Shown here: piece after piece, positions 1 through 9,156 of the stretch
Layout: each line of letters opens with the position of its first letter
Numbering within the stretch: position 1 is the stretch's first letter
DNA from: Bacteroidota bacterium
GTDB lineage: Bacteria; Bacteroidota; Ignavibacteria; Kapaibacteriales; UBA961
NCBI GenBank assembly: GCA_005788035.1
Contig: SXZI01000029.1
Span: 1 to 61,975, forward strand
Direction: 5' to 3'
Length of the DNA stretch: 61,975 nucleotides
Program-made: the position numbers and the translations under genes
Notes under the pieces: model-generated
Told to the model about the DNA's origin: nothing
The model's input: only the letters and a program-made list of their open reading frames with translations
Databases searched by the model: none

Positions 1-708
1 CGAGACTTGACCCCGCGTATTCAAAATAGAAGATAATTCCATGGTTGCCGATTCGCCGCAATCGATGAGTGAAATCCCCGGTAGCGTGGAATAAATAAGA
101 TTTTTCAATAATGGATAATGCGTGCAACCTAACACTAATGTATCAATGCCCTTTTCTATAAATTCACAAAGATATTCTTGAGCTATCAATGCTGCAGATG
201 GATGCTCCCCGAAATCCTCTTCTGCCAAAGGAACAAAAAGTGGACATGCCTTCGCAAATACTTGGATTGATTTGCCTGCGCCTTTTGCATATTCATTGAT
301 GGCACGTTCATAAGCATGAGATCCAATCGTTGCTCTGGTACCTATGATTCCGATATTTCCATTCTTTGTTTTATCTACAGCGGTTTTTGCAGCAGGGTCT
401 ATCATGCCGATTACAGGTACCGGACTTAACTCTCGAGCCAAATCCAAAGCCAGAGCTGATGCCGTATTGCATGCAATCACAATTGCCTTCACATCAAAAC
501 CAAGTAAGAAATTGACGCATTGGCGGGTATAATGTCTGATTGTTTCAGGTGATTTGTTTCCATATGGAACGCGTGCTGTGTCACCCAAGTACACAAACTC
601 TTCCTGCGGCATGGTATGTATCAAATGTCGCAAGACTGTAAGGCCACCAACACCGGAATCGAATACTCCTATTGGTTGCCTGACTGATGTATTGATGGAA
701 ACGGACAT
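1..708 (-). CDS. murI: glutamate racemase, C-terminal end cut by window edge
   Basis: Own translation of the minus strand from ATG at 708-706. It stays open to position 1 (236 codons) and is absent from the ORF track because there is no stop in the window. Sequence reads MSVSINTSVRQPIGVFDSGVGGLTVLRHL...VIACNTASA...LGCTHYPLL, which includes both catalytic-Cys motifs of MurI. Confidence 0.9.
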   Translation of the reverse strand, partial: MSVSINTSVRQPIGVFDSGVGGLTVLRHLIHTMPQEEFVYLGDTARVPYGNKSPETIRHYTRQCVNFLLGFDVKAIVIACNTASALALDLARELSPVPVIGMIDPAAKTAVDKTKNGNIGIIGTRATIGSHAYERAINEYAKGAGKSIQVFAKACPLFVPLAEEDFGEHPSAALIAQEYLCEFIEKGIDTLVLGCTHYPLLKNLIYSTLPGISLIDCGESATMELSSILNTRGQVS

Positions 709-715
709 GAGAAAG

Positions 716-1132
716 CTATTTACGTTCTTGGGAAAGAGAATCGAGTTTTTGTTCGAAACGCTTCATTGAATCATCAAGGTCGATTTTCAATTTTTGAAAT
801 TGCTCTTGCAATGCCTTGTCATTTTCTTTGGCTTGCAATTCCAATTGTGATGACAAATCATCGAGATTGTTTTCAATGGAAGTAATATCTTGCTTTAGAG
901 CCTGCAATTGCTTTCGGAAACCGGTGAGAATTTGCTTTGTCTGCTGCTCATATTGTCCCTTGAAAGTGAGCGTGTTTTTTTTGAATCTGTCTGTAAGTTG
1001 CTGCATTTGTTCTTTCATAATGGAAAGAACTTGTTTCGCAGTTTGAAGTTCCTGCTTTGTTTTATCTTGATCTGCATTGATTGAGCATGGAATCAATAAT
1101 GCAATGCACAAAAAGATAGCGAATGTTTTCAT
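716..1132 (-). CDS. secreted coiled-coil protein, function unknown
   Basis: 138 aa. Signal-like N-terminus MKTFAIFLCIALLIPCSINA followed by Q/K/L/E-rich heptad-like sequence. ATGA overlap with the ptsN stop (1129-1132) and 7 nt upstream of murI. Skp/OmpH-like by composition only. Confidence 0.6.
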   Translation of the reverse strand: MKTFAIFLCIALLIPCSINADQDKTKQELQTAKQVLSIMKEQMQQLTDRFKKNTLTFKGQYEQQTKQILTGFRKQLQALKQDITSIENNLDDLSSQLELQAKENDKALQEQFQKLKIDLDDSMKRFEQKLDSLSQERK

Positions 1133-1593
1133 CCCATCTCCTCTTCTTCGGCAGCAAAGAGCGCAATGACTTGTTCGGGGGTTTGTGCTGCAGAGACGCT
1201 ATCGCGAAAACTATCTTTATTCATTAAACGAGATATTCTCGAAAGCAAACGCAAGTGTGTACCTACGGTATTTTCTCTTCCGATCAACATAAAAATGATT
1301 GTCACTGGTTGCTGATCCAATGCCTGAAAATCAAGCGGTTCACTGAGTGTCATGAAAGCTCCGACTGTCTCGGTGATATGATTTGTTTTACCATGTGGTA
1401 GAGCAAAACCTTTGCCGATTCCAGTGGACATGATTTTTTCACGGTCGAATACGGCTTTTCTGGCTTCATCGGCTTTTGTGATATGTCCTCCGGATACCAA
1501 TGCGTCAATCATGGCATCAAGGGCATCTTCTTTTTTTGTGAATGTTGTATTCAACAAAATAGCAGAAGGCTGAAGAATGTCGGTTATCTTCAT
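1129..1593 (-). CDS. ptsN: PTS EIIA type-2 / nitrogen regulatory protein PtsN-like
   Basis: Motif GIGKGFALPHGKT (phospho-His loop) and overall EIIA-Ntr layout. ATG at 1593 is preferred over the track start (TTG at 1662) because 1660-1667 forms a TAnnTTTG promoter box. Confidence 0.8.
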   Translation of the reverse strand: MKITDILQPSAILLNTTFTKKEDALDAMIDALVSGGHITKADEARKAVFDREKIMSTGIGKGFALPHGKTNHITETVGAFMTLSEPLDFQALDQQPVTIIFMLIGRENTVGTHLRLLSRISRLMNKDSFRDSVSAAQTPEQVIALFAAEEEEMG

Positions 1594-1659
1594 AATGAAA
1601 CATTGAAAATAGATGAACCAAAAACCTGCTCTATGGCACAAGTAACCGGAATTGAAGTG

Positions 1660-1667
1660 CAAATCTA
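1660..1667 (-). promoter_or_regulatory. Bacteroidota-type -7 box TAGATTTG (TAnnTTTG) upstream of ptsN
   Basis: Perfect match to TAnnTTTG in the correct orientation, 66 nt upstream of ATG 1593. Confidence 0.35.
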
Positions 1668-1678
1668 TGGAATTACGC

Positions 1679-3925
1679 TCAATGAACGATAAGAATAGGA
1701 TGGAAAACAGTCGAAAATCCAGTGCTGATCTTCAGTCCATAAAGGCCTGATGCCATGTTTTGAGGTAAGGGGAGCGTGAAAGCCTGCATTCCTTTTTTTA
1801 TGTCTATGCTGATGGGAGTTCCAATCAAGCTCCCATTTGCATCAATGATCTCGATGATGCCCTGACCTTGATGCGAGGAATTAAAGGAACAATAAGCAAT
1901 GTCTGTAGCCGGTTGCGGGATAATTCTCAAAGAAGAAATCTGATCTTCTTCTTGCACTGAGCCAAGAGGTGATTCAGGAATTAATGCAATCAAACGAACA
2001 CCATGAGAAGGTATGGTATATTGAAGTTGCTGATCAAGGTATCCGATATCATTTTGAGTCCAAAGGTCTCGTATTCTATAGCGAATATCTGGATTCACAC
2101 CCAATTCATTTCTTGTGATGGCGAGTGTTTGTTCTCCAACATCATCGCGATTGAATAGTCCGATTGCTAAACCTCCATTCAACAAAGGCTTAGACCAAAT
2201 TTCTTGCCATATGTTCTTATATACTCTTCTGCCTTGAATGCCAAGTGGGTCTTGATGCATTGCCAATACTTCGTGGTTTTTCAGCAATTGTAATGTGAAA
2301 GCATCAAGTGAATCCATGTGCATGCTGAGAATCAGTGGGGAATTGAGCAAAGCCCAAAGTGCTACTTGAGTATATTGTTCATGCGGAGTCAATTGAGTTT
2401 TTTGCATGTATCGTCCCGGCTGGGAATATCCCAATCGAAGATGATCCATGTCATTCCAGCCATTGTGTCCTGCATATTGTTCCAATCCGGCCTGACGAAA
2501 TCCAACGATATTGGACATGCTCCACCAATTGTCTTGAATGTCTGTGGTTGTTCTCCAAGAATGTCCTCCAATGGATCGGCCCCATTTCCAAACTTCATTA
2601 TTCCCATATTGGCATACCATGAAAAAGATGTCTCTATTGCATCGCTGCAAAGCTTTGCTCATCAATGCATATGGTGCTATTGCCAATGATGTGGGGTCTG
2701 CTCCAGATGATTTCATGAGAGAATCATAGACTGATTGATATCCACACCAATCATGCTTTACGAGATCGGCCTTTATGGAGCAGAAATAATCTGCATCCTG
2801 CTCTTCATGATTGAGTGAGCCCGGTAATTTCACACATGTATGAGATCCGGGTGATGAATATATTCCTACCTTAAACCCCATGGCATGTAGCGAGTCAATC
2901 ATTGCTTCGAGATCGGGGAATGTAGGAGCAGGTTTCAGACCTTGCTTGGAAAGTGCATGGCTGGTGTCTTGCCAACCATCATCAATCAAGATATATTCAA
3001 ATCCATATTGCTGAAGGCCGGAAGTTCGAAGAGCATGTGCGGCCTTATAGATGTCTTCTTGTGTGACATATTCCCAATGGGCATACCAACTTGACCATCC
3101 AATGGGAGGAGAAAAAGAGATTGTGTCTCCGATGCGGAACAAGAACGTGGATTGTGCTTTACCAAGAGCATTCTCTGCTCGTATTGTAATCGAGTATGTA
3201 CCTATCTTTTCAATGCTCCCTTGTATGATACGGCGATACGAATCAAAAGTCAGGCCTGCTGGGAGATTATCAATAACAATAGAAAGTGGCTCCAATCCGG
3301 AGACGGGCACATAATGTAAGATATCGCTGCCGGGCTTTGCACCATATTGGGTTTTCCCATGAATCATCGGAAGAAGAGATTCCTCTGGGGTAAGAGTATA
3401 TTCCTCTTCAATCGGCCGTATGAATGGTATAGGTTTGAATCCCTTGTTCACAATGAAATATGCATTCACCCAATTTGCATGATCAGAGAAAATATTGTCA
3501 TTTCCATCAAAGACGAGTAATTCGCATGTTCTTCTATTGGTAAGATCTACAGAGAATGAACGAGCTAGCATCGTTCTGTTCATTATACCGGATCTCCAAA
3601 GTATTTGCCCATCCGAGATGATCAAAAATTCAGCTGAGCCCATTTCCGGAAAGATACCTTCATCGATACCAACTAAACCGGTCAGCGCATATGCTTGTTT
3701 CTGGAGTGATAAAGTGAATTTGCTACCTGCATGGGTGCCTATGCCATGTTCATAGTTGGTTCCGGCTATGCGTAAAGGGTTGCCCATCACTGAACGATCT
3801 TTCTTTGCATAACCGAAATCCTGCTTTATTGCAGAAATATCCAAAGATGAAAGTCTTATGGTATCAACCATGGCAAAAGTTGAAACCGATGAAAGTATCA
3901 TCAACAATAGTATCAGAGCATTCAT
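1679..3925 (-). CDS. GH27 alpha-galactosidase/alpha-N-acetylgalactosaminidase-like with N-terminal NPCBM-like module and T9SS C-terminal sorting domain
   Basis: Signal peptide MNALILLLMILSSVSTFA. NPCBM-like segment GNPLRIAGTNYEHGIGTHAGS. GH27 core PPIGWSSWYAHW...YILIDDGWQ...DLVKHDWCG...SWRTTTDI. C-terminal roughly 80 aa beta-sandwich ending GLYGLKISTGFSTVFHPILIVH. ATG at 3925 gives an ATGA overlap with the upstream stop. Confidence 0.8.
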   Translation of the reverse strand: MNALILLLMILSSVSTFAMVDTIRLSSLDISAIKQDFGYAKKDRSVMGNPLRIAGTNYEHGIGTHAGSKFTLSLQKQAYALTGLVGIDEGIFPEMGSAEFLIISDGQILWRSGIMNRTMLARSFSVDLTNRRTCELLVFDGNDNIFSDHANWVNAYFIVNKGFKPIPFIRPIEEEYTLTPEESLLPMIHGKTQYGAKPGSDILHYVPVSGLEPLSIVIDNLPAGLTFDSYRRIIQGSIEKIGTYSITIRAENALGKAQSTFLFRIGDTISFSPPIGWSSWYAHWEYVTQEDIYKAAHALRTSGLQQYGFEYILIDDGWQDTSHALSKQGLKPAPTFPDLEAMIDSLHAMGFKVGIYSSPGSHTCVKLPGSLNHEEQDADYFCSIKADLVKHDWCGYQSVYDSLMKSSGADPTSLAIAPYALMSKALQRCNRDIFFMVCQYGNNEVWKWGRSIGGHSWRTTTDIQDNWWSMSNIVGFRQAGLEQYAGHNGWNDMDHLRLGYSQPGRYMQKTQLTPHEQYTQVALWALLNSPLILSMHMDSLDAFTLQLLKNHEVLAMHQDPLGIQGRRVYKNIWQEIWSKPLLNGGLAIGLFNRDDVGEQTLAITRNELGVNPDIRYRIRDLWTQNDIGYLDQQLQYTIPSHGVRLIALIPESPLGSVQEEDQISSLRIIPQPATDIAYCSFNSSHQGQGIIEIIDANGSLIGTPISIDIKKGMQAFTLPLPQNMASGLYGLKISTGFSTVFHPILIVH

Positions 3926-6423
3926 GAAGCTTCTGACCAATACATGATATGTTGCTTATAGAGTTCTGCCACGTGCTGTGCTTTTTCTTCTGAATCAGCT
4001 TCTACCGCCACAACGAATGCAGGACGTTCTTTGTCAGGCAATAATACAATTGTTGCATTATCTTCATTCACGGTTATGCCATCTATCAATACTCTTGAAA
4101 GATGTTCTGTGAATTCCATTGCTTTTCTCATGACTATGCCTTTCTTTTCCCATGGGCAAGAAATTGAATGATGCACTCTTGACCGATATGGCAATTGTGC
4201 ATGCAAATCAGAAAATGTATGCGATGTGGAAGCCAGCATTTCCAGGCATTTCGCGAGGGAAAACATGCCATCTGAAGCAAAAAGATAATCCGTGAAAATA
4301 AATCTGCCTCTTGTATCGCCACAGAATAAGATGCGTGAATCTTTGGTTGCTTCCATCATGGCCGAGTGACTGTTTTTTATACGTATAACTTCAACATCAT
4401 AGTCGGCAGCGATTCTTTCAATATCCGTGCTTGCCAGAACCGGAACTGCTATTGCATAAGGCTCTCTATGTTTATGTGCTTCAAGAAATAGTTTCGTGAG
4501 AATCGTGAGTAGTCTATTTGGTTGATACCATTGTCCCTGCCCATCAACTACAGCAATTTTCTCTGCAGATGCATCAATCTTGAATCCGAAATCATACCCT
4601 AATGATTGAATGATTTCACTTGTTTCTTCGGCTTCCGTATCTGTTCTTTCATCAGAGAAACCTTCCAACGTATCAACATAACTATTGACTGAAACCACAT
4701 GAACACCCAATGAGCCAAGCAATACAGGAAATGTCGTTGATGCAAGCCCATTCGAATAATCTATTAATAGTCGATAATTGGATTGTAAAATCTCACTGAC
4801 ATTCAATGCTGATGAAAAACGAGAGGCATATGTTTCATTGCTTCTTTCGGGAAAAATGATGCTTCCAACTTCATTATAGGGTACGCGCTTGATATCCTCC
4901 CCAAAGAAATATCGTTCGATTGTTTTGGAAATGCTATGAGGTATATCTCTTCCATCATGATTGAACAAAATGATGTCAATCGTATCCGGTTTTCGAATCG
5001 ACCTGCGCACATGAAAACCTGCATGTGATGTTCCGGCTCTCAAATCTTGTCTTGCTTGTGGAATGGGAGTGATCTGCAAATCACGAACGGTAATTCCGGT
5101 ACTCATCAATCCTGAAATAAGAGCTCTGTGGACCATGCGTGAAGCTGCATCTGCATCTCTGCTGGCAGCAACATTGGCATGCATTCCGAGTGCATTTCCA
5201 ATGCAGGCACCTAATTTGGCGGCAAATTCCGGATTGATATCAACATTTGCCAATCCGGAAATTCGTGAATCAGTAATTAGTTCACGAAGCCATATCTCTT
5301 CTTGAACGAGTGATCTTGTGACGATTGCACCTGATTCAATGATCTTTTTAGGCCAAAGTTTGATATTAGACAAGAGATGCGATCCTGAACCTACATGACA
5401 TAATTCCGCGATGAACACTTGCTCATTGATTGTGACACCTGCATCGATGAATACATCATTGCAGATCACATCATCGCTTGCCATAACTCTGTCGCCAACA
5501 TGCACAGCATCCCAAATGATGCAATTATTCAGTTGAACCCCGGATCCGATATGTACTCCATCACCAATGATGCATTGATGAATCTTAGAATTGTTTCCAA
5601 TCGTCACATCATTTCCAATGACGGATTTTCCCGAGAATGAAACGGTGTCGGGAATGACGGCATTATCAGCAACAATTGCATGTGGGCGTTCCGTGCCTGT
5701 TATTTGTATGCCTACTTGCTCTTGCAATACATCATGACAAGCCGATTGATATTCATGAAGATTACCAATATCTTTCCAATATCCTTGCGTTATGCAACCA
5801 AACAAATCCATGGATGATCGAAGCATATGAGGAAATACGTCCTTACCAAAATCATAATCTCGTTCAGGAGGGATCATGGAAATAATCTCAGGCTCAAGGA
5901 TATACATGCCTGTATTGATTGTATCGGTGAATACTTCTCCCCAGGATGGCTTTTCCAAAAACTGCGTGATCTTTCCATCAGGCTGCGTCATCACAATTCC
6001 ATAATGAAGAGGATCTTGCACTCTTGAAAGCAAAATGGTTGCCTTGGACGCATGTTCCTCATGAAATGCAATAGCACTGGTTAAATCAATATCCGTAAGA
6101 ACATCGCCGCTCATTACGAGGAATGGTTCATTGCACTCTTTCATCGCATTTCGTACACTACCGGCAGTTCCATAGTCCGCATCGGCTTGTACATATTGCA
6201 TTGTGATACCAAATTTTGATCCATCCCCGAAATATTGTTTGATTCTATCTGGCTGATAATATAATAGTGCTGTAATATCAGTTATGTTATGTCTTTTCAG
6301 GAGATTGACAATATGCTCCATGATTGGAATATTGGCAATTGGTACCATTGGTTTTGGTATGCTCATGGTCAAGGGACGAAGTCTTGTGCCAAAACCTCCA
6401 GCCATTATCACTGCTTTATTCAT
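3922..6423 (-). CDS. sugar-1-phosphate nucleotidyltransferase (N-terminal NTP-transferase plus left-handed beta-helix) fused to a phosphohexomutase-like C-terminal half
   Basis: N-terminus MNKAVIMAGGFGTRLRPLTMSIPKPMVPI (G-x-G-T-R-L motif). Hexapeptide-repeat region (IGNDVTIGNNSKI...IGSGVQL). C-terminal roughly 450 aa has the four-domain PGM/PMM layout but with degenerate catalytic loops (see findings). Confidence 0.8.
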   Translation of the reverse strand: MNKAVIMAGGFGTRLRPLTMSIPKPMVPIANIPIMEHIVNLLKRHNITDITALLYYQPDRIKQYFGDGSKFGITMQYVQADADYGTAGSVRNAMKECNEPFLVMSGDVLTDIDLTSAIAFHEEHASKATILLSRVQDPLHYGIVMTQPDGKITQFLEKPSWGEVFTDTINTGMYILEPEIISMIPPERDYDFGKDVFPHMLRSSMDLFGCITQGYWKDIGNLHEYQSACHDVLQEQVGIQITGTERPHAIVADNAVIPDTVSFSGKSVIGNDVTIGNNSKIHQCIIGDGVHIGSGVQLNNCIIWDAVHVGDRVMASDDVICNDVFIDAGVTINEQVFIAELCHVGSGSHLLSNIKLWPKKIIESGAIVTRSLVQEEIWLRELITDSRISGLANVDINPEFAAKLGACIGNALGMHANVAASRDADAASRMVHRALISGLMSTGITVRDLQITPIPQARQDLRAGTSHAGFHVRRSIRKPDTIDIILFNHDGRDIPHSISKTIERYFFGEDIKRVPYNEVGSIIFPERSNETYASRFSSALNVSEILQSNYRLLIDYSNGLASTTFPVLLGSLGVHVVSVNSYVDTLEGFSDERTDTEAEETSEIIQSLGYDFGFKIDASAEKIAVVDGQGQWYQPNRLLTILTKLFLEAHKHREPYAIAVPVLASTDIERIAADYDVEVIRIKNSHSAMMEATKDSRILFCGDTRGRFIFTDYLFASDGMFSLAKCLEMLASTSHTFSDLHAQLPYRSRVHHSISCPWEKKGIVMRKAMEFTEHLSRVLIDGITVNEDNATIVLLPDKERPAFVVAVEADSEEKAQHVAELYKQHIMYWSEAS

Positions 6424-6578
6424 CAGCTATAGTGTGTTTTTTGAATATGATTGATTACTATCGGCAAATTAGAGATTATTTCTTGTGCCTACAATGATTT
6501 GCTTATCATCGGATGTAATTCCCAAGCTAGTTTCGTAATTTGCGATTGAATATTTTGTACATAGTCCCGTAAATATCC

Positions 6579-8012
6579 ATGTTTTCAAAAATCCTTATAG
6601 CAAATCGCGGTGAAATTGCATTACGTGTCATTGATACGTGTCAAAAAATGGGTATAGCAACCGTGGCAGTTCATTCATTGCCCGATTCTACAGCTATGCA
6701 TGTGCAGAAAGCTGATGAAGCTGTCAATATTGGGGGTGCAACCCCTCGTGAAAGTTATTTGATTATCGAGAAAATCATAGATGCAGCCAAGAAGACAGGT
6801 GCTGAGGCAATTCATCCGGGCTATGGATTTTTGTCCGAGAATGCTCAATTCGCGCAAGCAGTATTAGATGCCGGACTTGTATTTATAGGACCATCACCAA
6901 AAGCCATTCATGCATTGGGAGACAAAACGGAAGCTAGAGCTTTGGCAATAGCTGCACAAGTACCAATCTCACCAGGTTCGAATGGTGCAATTTCTGATCC
7001 TGAAGAAATTGCTCGTATTGCTCAAAAGATTGGTTACCCTGTTTTGTTAAAGGCGGCTGCGGGCGGTGGTGGAAAAGGTATGAGATTGATTGAACATGAA
7101 GATGAATTGCTCGATGGTTTACGTGCGGCACAGGGAGAAGCACTCGCATCATTCGGTGATGATCGAGTATTCATCGAAAAGTTCATTGTATCGCCAAGGC
7201 ATATCGAGATACAAATTCTGGCAGATCAATTCGGGACAATTTTGTATTTCCCTGAAAGAGAATGTTCAGTACAGAGAAGACATCAAAAAGTAGTTGAAGA
7301 ATCACCTTCAACAGCGGTTACGGCAGAAATCAGAAAAGCAATGGGTGAGGCAGCTGCAAGACTTGTCGCTACATCCGGTTATACAAATGCAGGGACATTG
7401 GAATTTTTACTAGATGCTTCCGGTGCATTTTATTTTATGGAAGTAAATACTCGTTTGCAGGTGGAACATCCCGTAACTGAAATGGTAACATGAATTGATT
7501 TGGTCGAACAACAGATTCGCATTGCATATGGTGAGCATTTGGCCATTAAGCAACATGATCTTGTTCCAAAAGGACATGCAATTGAGTGTAGAATATGCGC
7601 CGAAGATGTTTACAATGAATTCCTCCCGGAAACCGGAATTGCTCACTATGTTGAATTACCAAATGGGGAAGGAGTTAGAAATGACACAGCCCTCTTTCCG
7701 GGTTTTGAAGTATCAGTGAATTATGATTCAATGATTGCCAAATTGATTTGCCATGGAAAAAATAGAGATGAATCAATCGAACGCACTCTCGAAGCTTTGA
7801 AATCATATCATATTGCGGGCTTAAGAACTACGATTCCATTTTGCCAATTTACTGTTGATTCCGATGCATTTCGCTCAGGAGATTATTCAACAGCTTTTGT
7901 TGCGAAATATTGGAAGGGAGAAATCCCCGAAGAGTTGCACCCATTCTTACTTGCTTCCGGGGTATTTGCCAAACACCATCAAGAAGAAAGAAGAAAACCA
8001 ATTTATCCCTGA
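6579..8012 (+). pseudogene. accC: biotin carboxylase (AccC-type ATP-grasp) interrupted by a single in-frame TGA at 7491-7493
   Basis: ORFs 6579-7493 and 7500-8012 are in the same frame and read ...KILIANRGEIALR...AAAGGGGKGMR...[33 protein letters not shown]...ECRICAEDV...[12 protein letters not shown]. The stop sits at the position of the conserved Gly of ..TEMITGVDL... Identity is confident. Pseudogene versus sequencing error versus recoding is unresolved. Confidence 0.75.
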
Positions 8013-9145
8013 AGCTTATTGATTTGATCTTCAACTGAAAATAGAGTGGTTCGGGAAAATAGTGTATTGAATCCGGCAATGATTTCATCGGAATGGATTT
8101 CATTCACTGTTGGACCTTTTGTAAGGATGTATTCATGTGGTGATTGATAGGGCGTCCACAACATTGTTCCGGAGTTGTCTTCGACAAAAAAAGCAAGGCA
8201 TGGTATGCTAAAAGAGGAAATCAAGTGCAGAACAGATGTATCAGGTGAAATGAGCATGGATGCACCCGCCAATAACCCGGCAAATTCATGATATGACGTA
8301 ACGAAAGGAGCCAAATATATTTGTGTTTCTTTTGCAATTACATGCATTGAAGCATGATGTTTTTTTTCTCCACACAACATCAGTTGAATATCATGTTGGT
8401 CAAGAATTTGTTTTATTTCTTTGATCCAAGGAATAGCAGTCAATGGACTCAGTACTCTATAGTCCAAACCCCCTGCGATATTAATCATGATGAGTGGTTT
8501 TGAAAGATTAATTCCTACCTGCACAAATGCTTGCTTCGTTTTATGCTGGATACTCTCCTCTATAGTATAAGGTATGGTCAATGATGTAAGCTGAGGATTA
8601 ATTCCAAGACCAAGCAATACTTGTGCTGTTCGCTCCACAATATGCACAGAAGACCTGTCGCGAGGTCTGACGCAATGCGTATAAACATTTGCATTGGACT
8701 TTAGAATGCCAAGCTTATGCGTAGCTTTGCTCATACTCAGGAGATATCCACTTGTAGTGGAGGGATTGTCTAGTGGATCTATTGCAATATCATATCTTCG
8801 CTTTGGAAGCAAGCGATATAATCCAACAATACTTTTCAATGATTTGTCATACAGTAAGCAATCATTCACATGGAGAAGTAGTTGATCTCGTAAAGGAAGA
8901 TTCACTTTTCCGGCGAGAACATCTATTTGTGCATGCGGATATGCTTCTCGAATTGCTTTGATAGTTGGCAGTGTGATGAGCATATCACCAAGTTTATCCG
9001 GACGGATAATCAGTATGCGTGGGGAATGTGGGAGTTGAATCGCATCAGATACAGATGAAATAATCTGTCCTTTGAATGGTGAACCCGAACCGATCAATAA
9101 TTTACGGATGAAGCGTTCAAGCGGTTTAAGAAAAGATATCGCCAT
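8003..9145 (-). CDS. glycosyltransferase family 9 (LPS heptosyltransferase-like)
   Basis: RILIIRPDKLGDMLITLPTIKAIREAYP N-terminal GT9 signature and a C-terminal ...SPDTSVLHL.. motif. Lies 11 nt downstream of sprA. The 3' end overlaps convergent accC by 10 nt. Confidence 0.75.
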   Translation of the reverse strand: MAISFLKPLERFIRKLLIGSGSPFKGQIISSVSDAIQLPHSPRILIIRPDKLGDMLITLPTIKAIREAYPHAQIDVLAGKVNLPLRDQLLLHVNDCLLYDKSLKSIVGLYRLLPKRRYDIAIDPLDNPSTTSGYLLSMSKATHKLGILKSNANVYTHCVRPRDRSSVHIVERTAQVLLGLGINPQLTSLTIPYTIEESIQHKTKQAFVQVGINLSKPLIMINIAGGLDYRVLSPLTAIPWIKEIKQILDQHDIQLMLCGEKKHHASMHVIAKETQIYLAPFVTSYHEFAGLLAGASMLISPDTSVLHLISSFSIPCLAFFVEDNSGTMLWTPYQSPHEYILTKGPTVNEIHSDEIIAGFNTLFSRTTLFSVEDQINKLQG

Positions 9146-9156
9146 AGTGCACTCTA

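Noticed and set aside
344-769. Plus-strand ORFs 344-532 and 554-769 from the track
   Set aside because: They are shadows on the opposite strand of a clear murI reading frame (1-708, minus). They have low-complexity translations with no motifs.
6536-6557. TAATTTG (6536-6542) and TATTTTG (6551-6557) upstream of accC, and TAATTTG at 60558-60564 upstream of the SdpI-like gene, as -7 boxes
   Set aside because: Each is one nucleotide short of the TAnnTTTG spacing (TAnTTTG), so I did not list them as promoter features.
7491-7493. A genome-wide UGA=Gly recoding (translation table 25, as in Gracilibacteria/SR1) as the explanation for the TGA at a Gly position in accC
   Set aside because: TGA functions as a stop at many gene ends here, including at least six ATGA start/stop overlaps. 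ORFs of 2346, 1082 and 960 codons are uninterrupted under the standard code, so a global reassignment does not fit.
7491-7540. Selenocysteine insertion at the accC TGA
   Set aside because: The aligned residue is a structural Gly rather than a redox Cys. I could not find a convincing stem-loop (bacterial SECIS-like) immediately downstream. Biotin carboxylase is not a known selenoprotein. I cannot formally exclude it without folding software.
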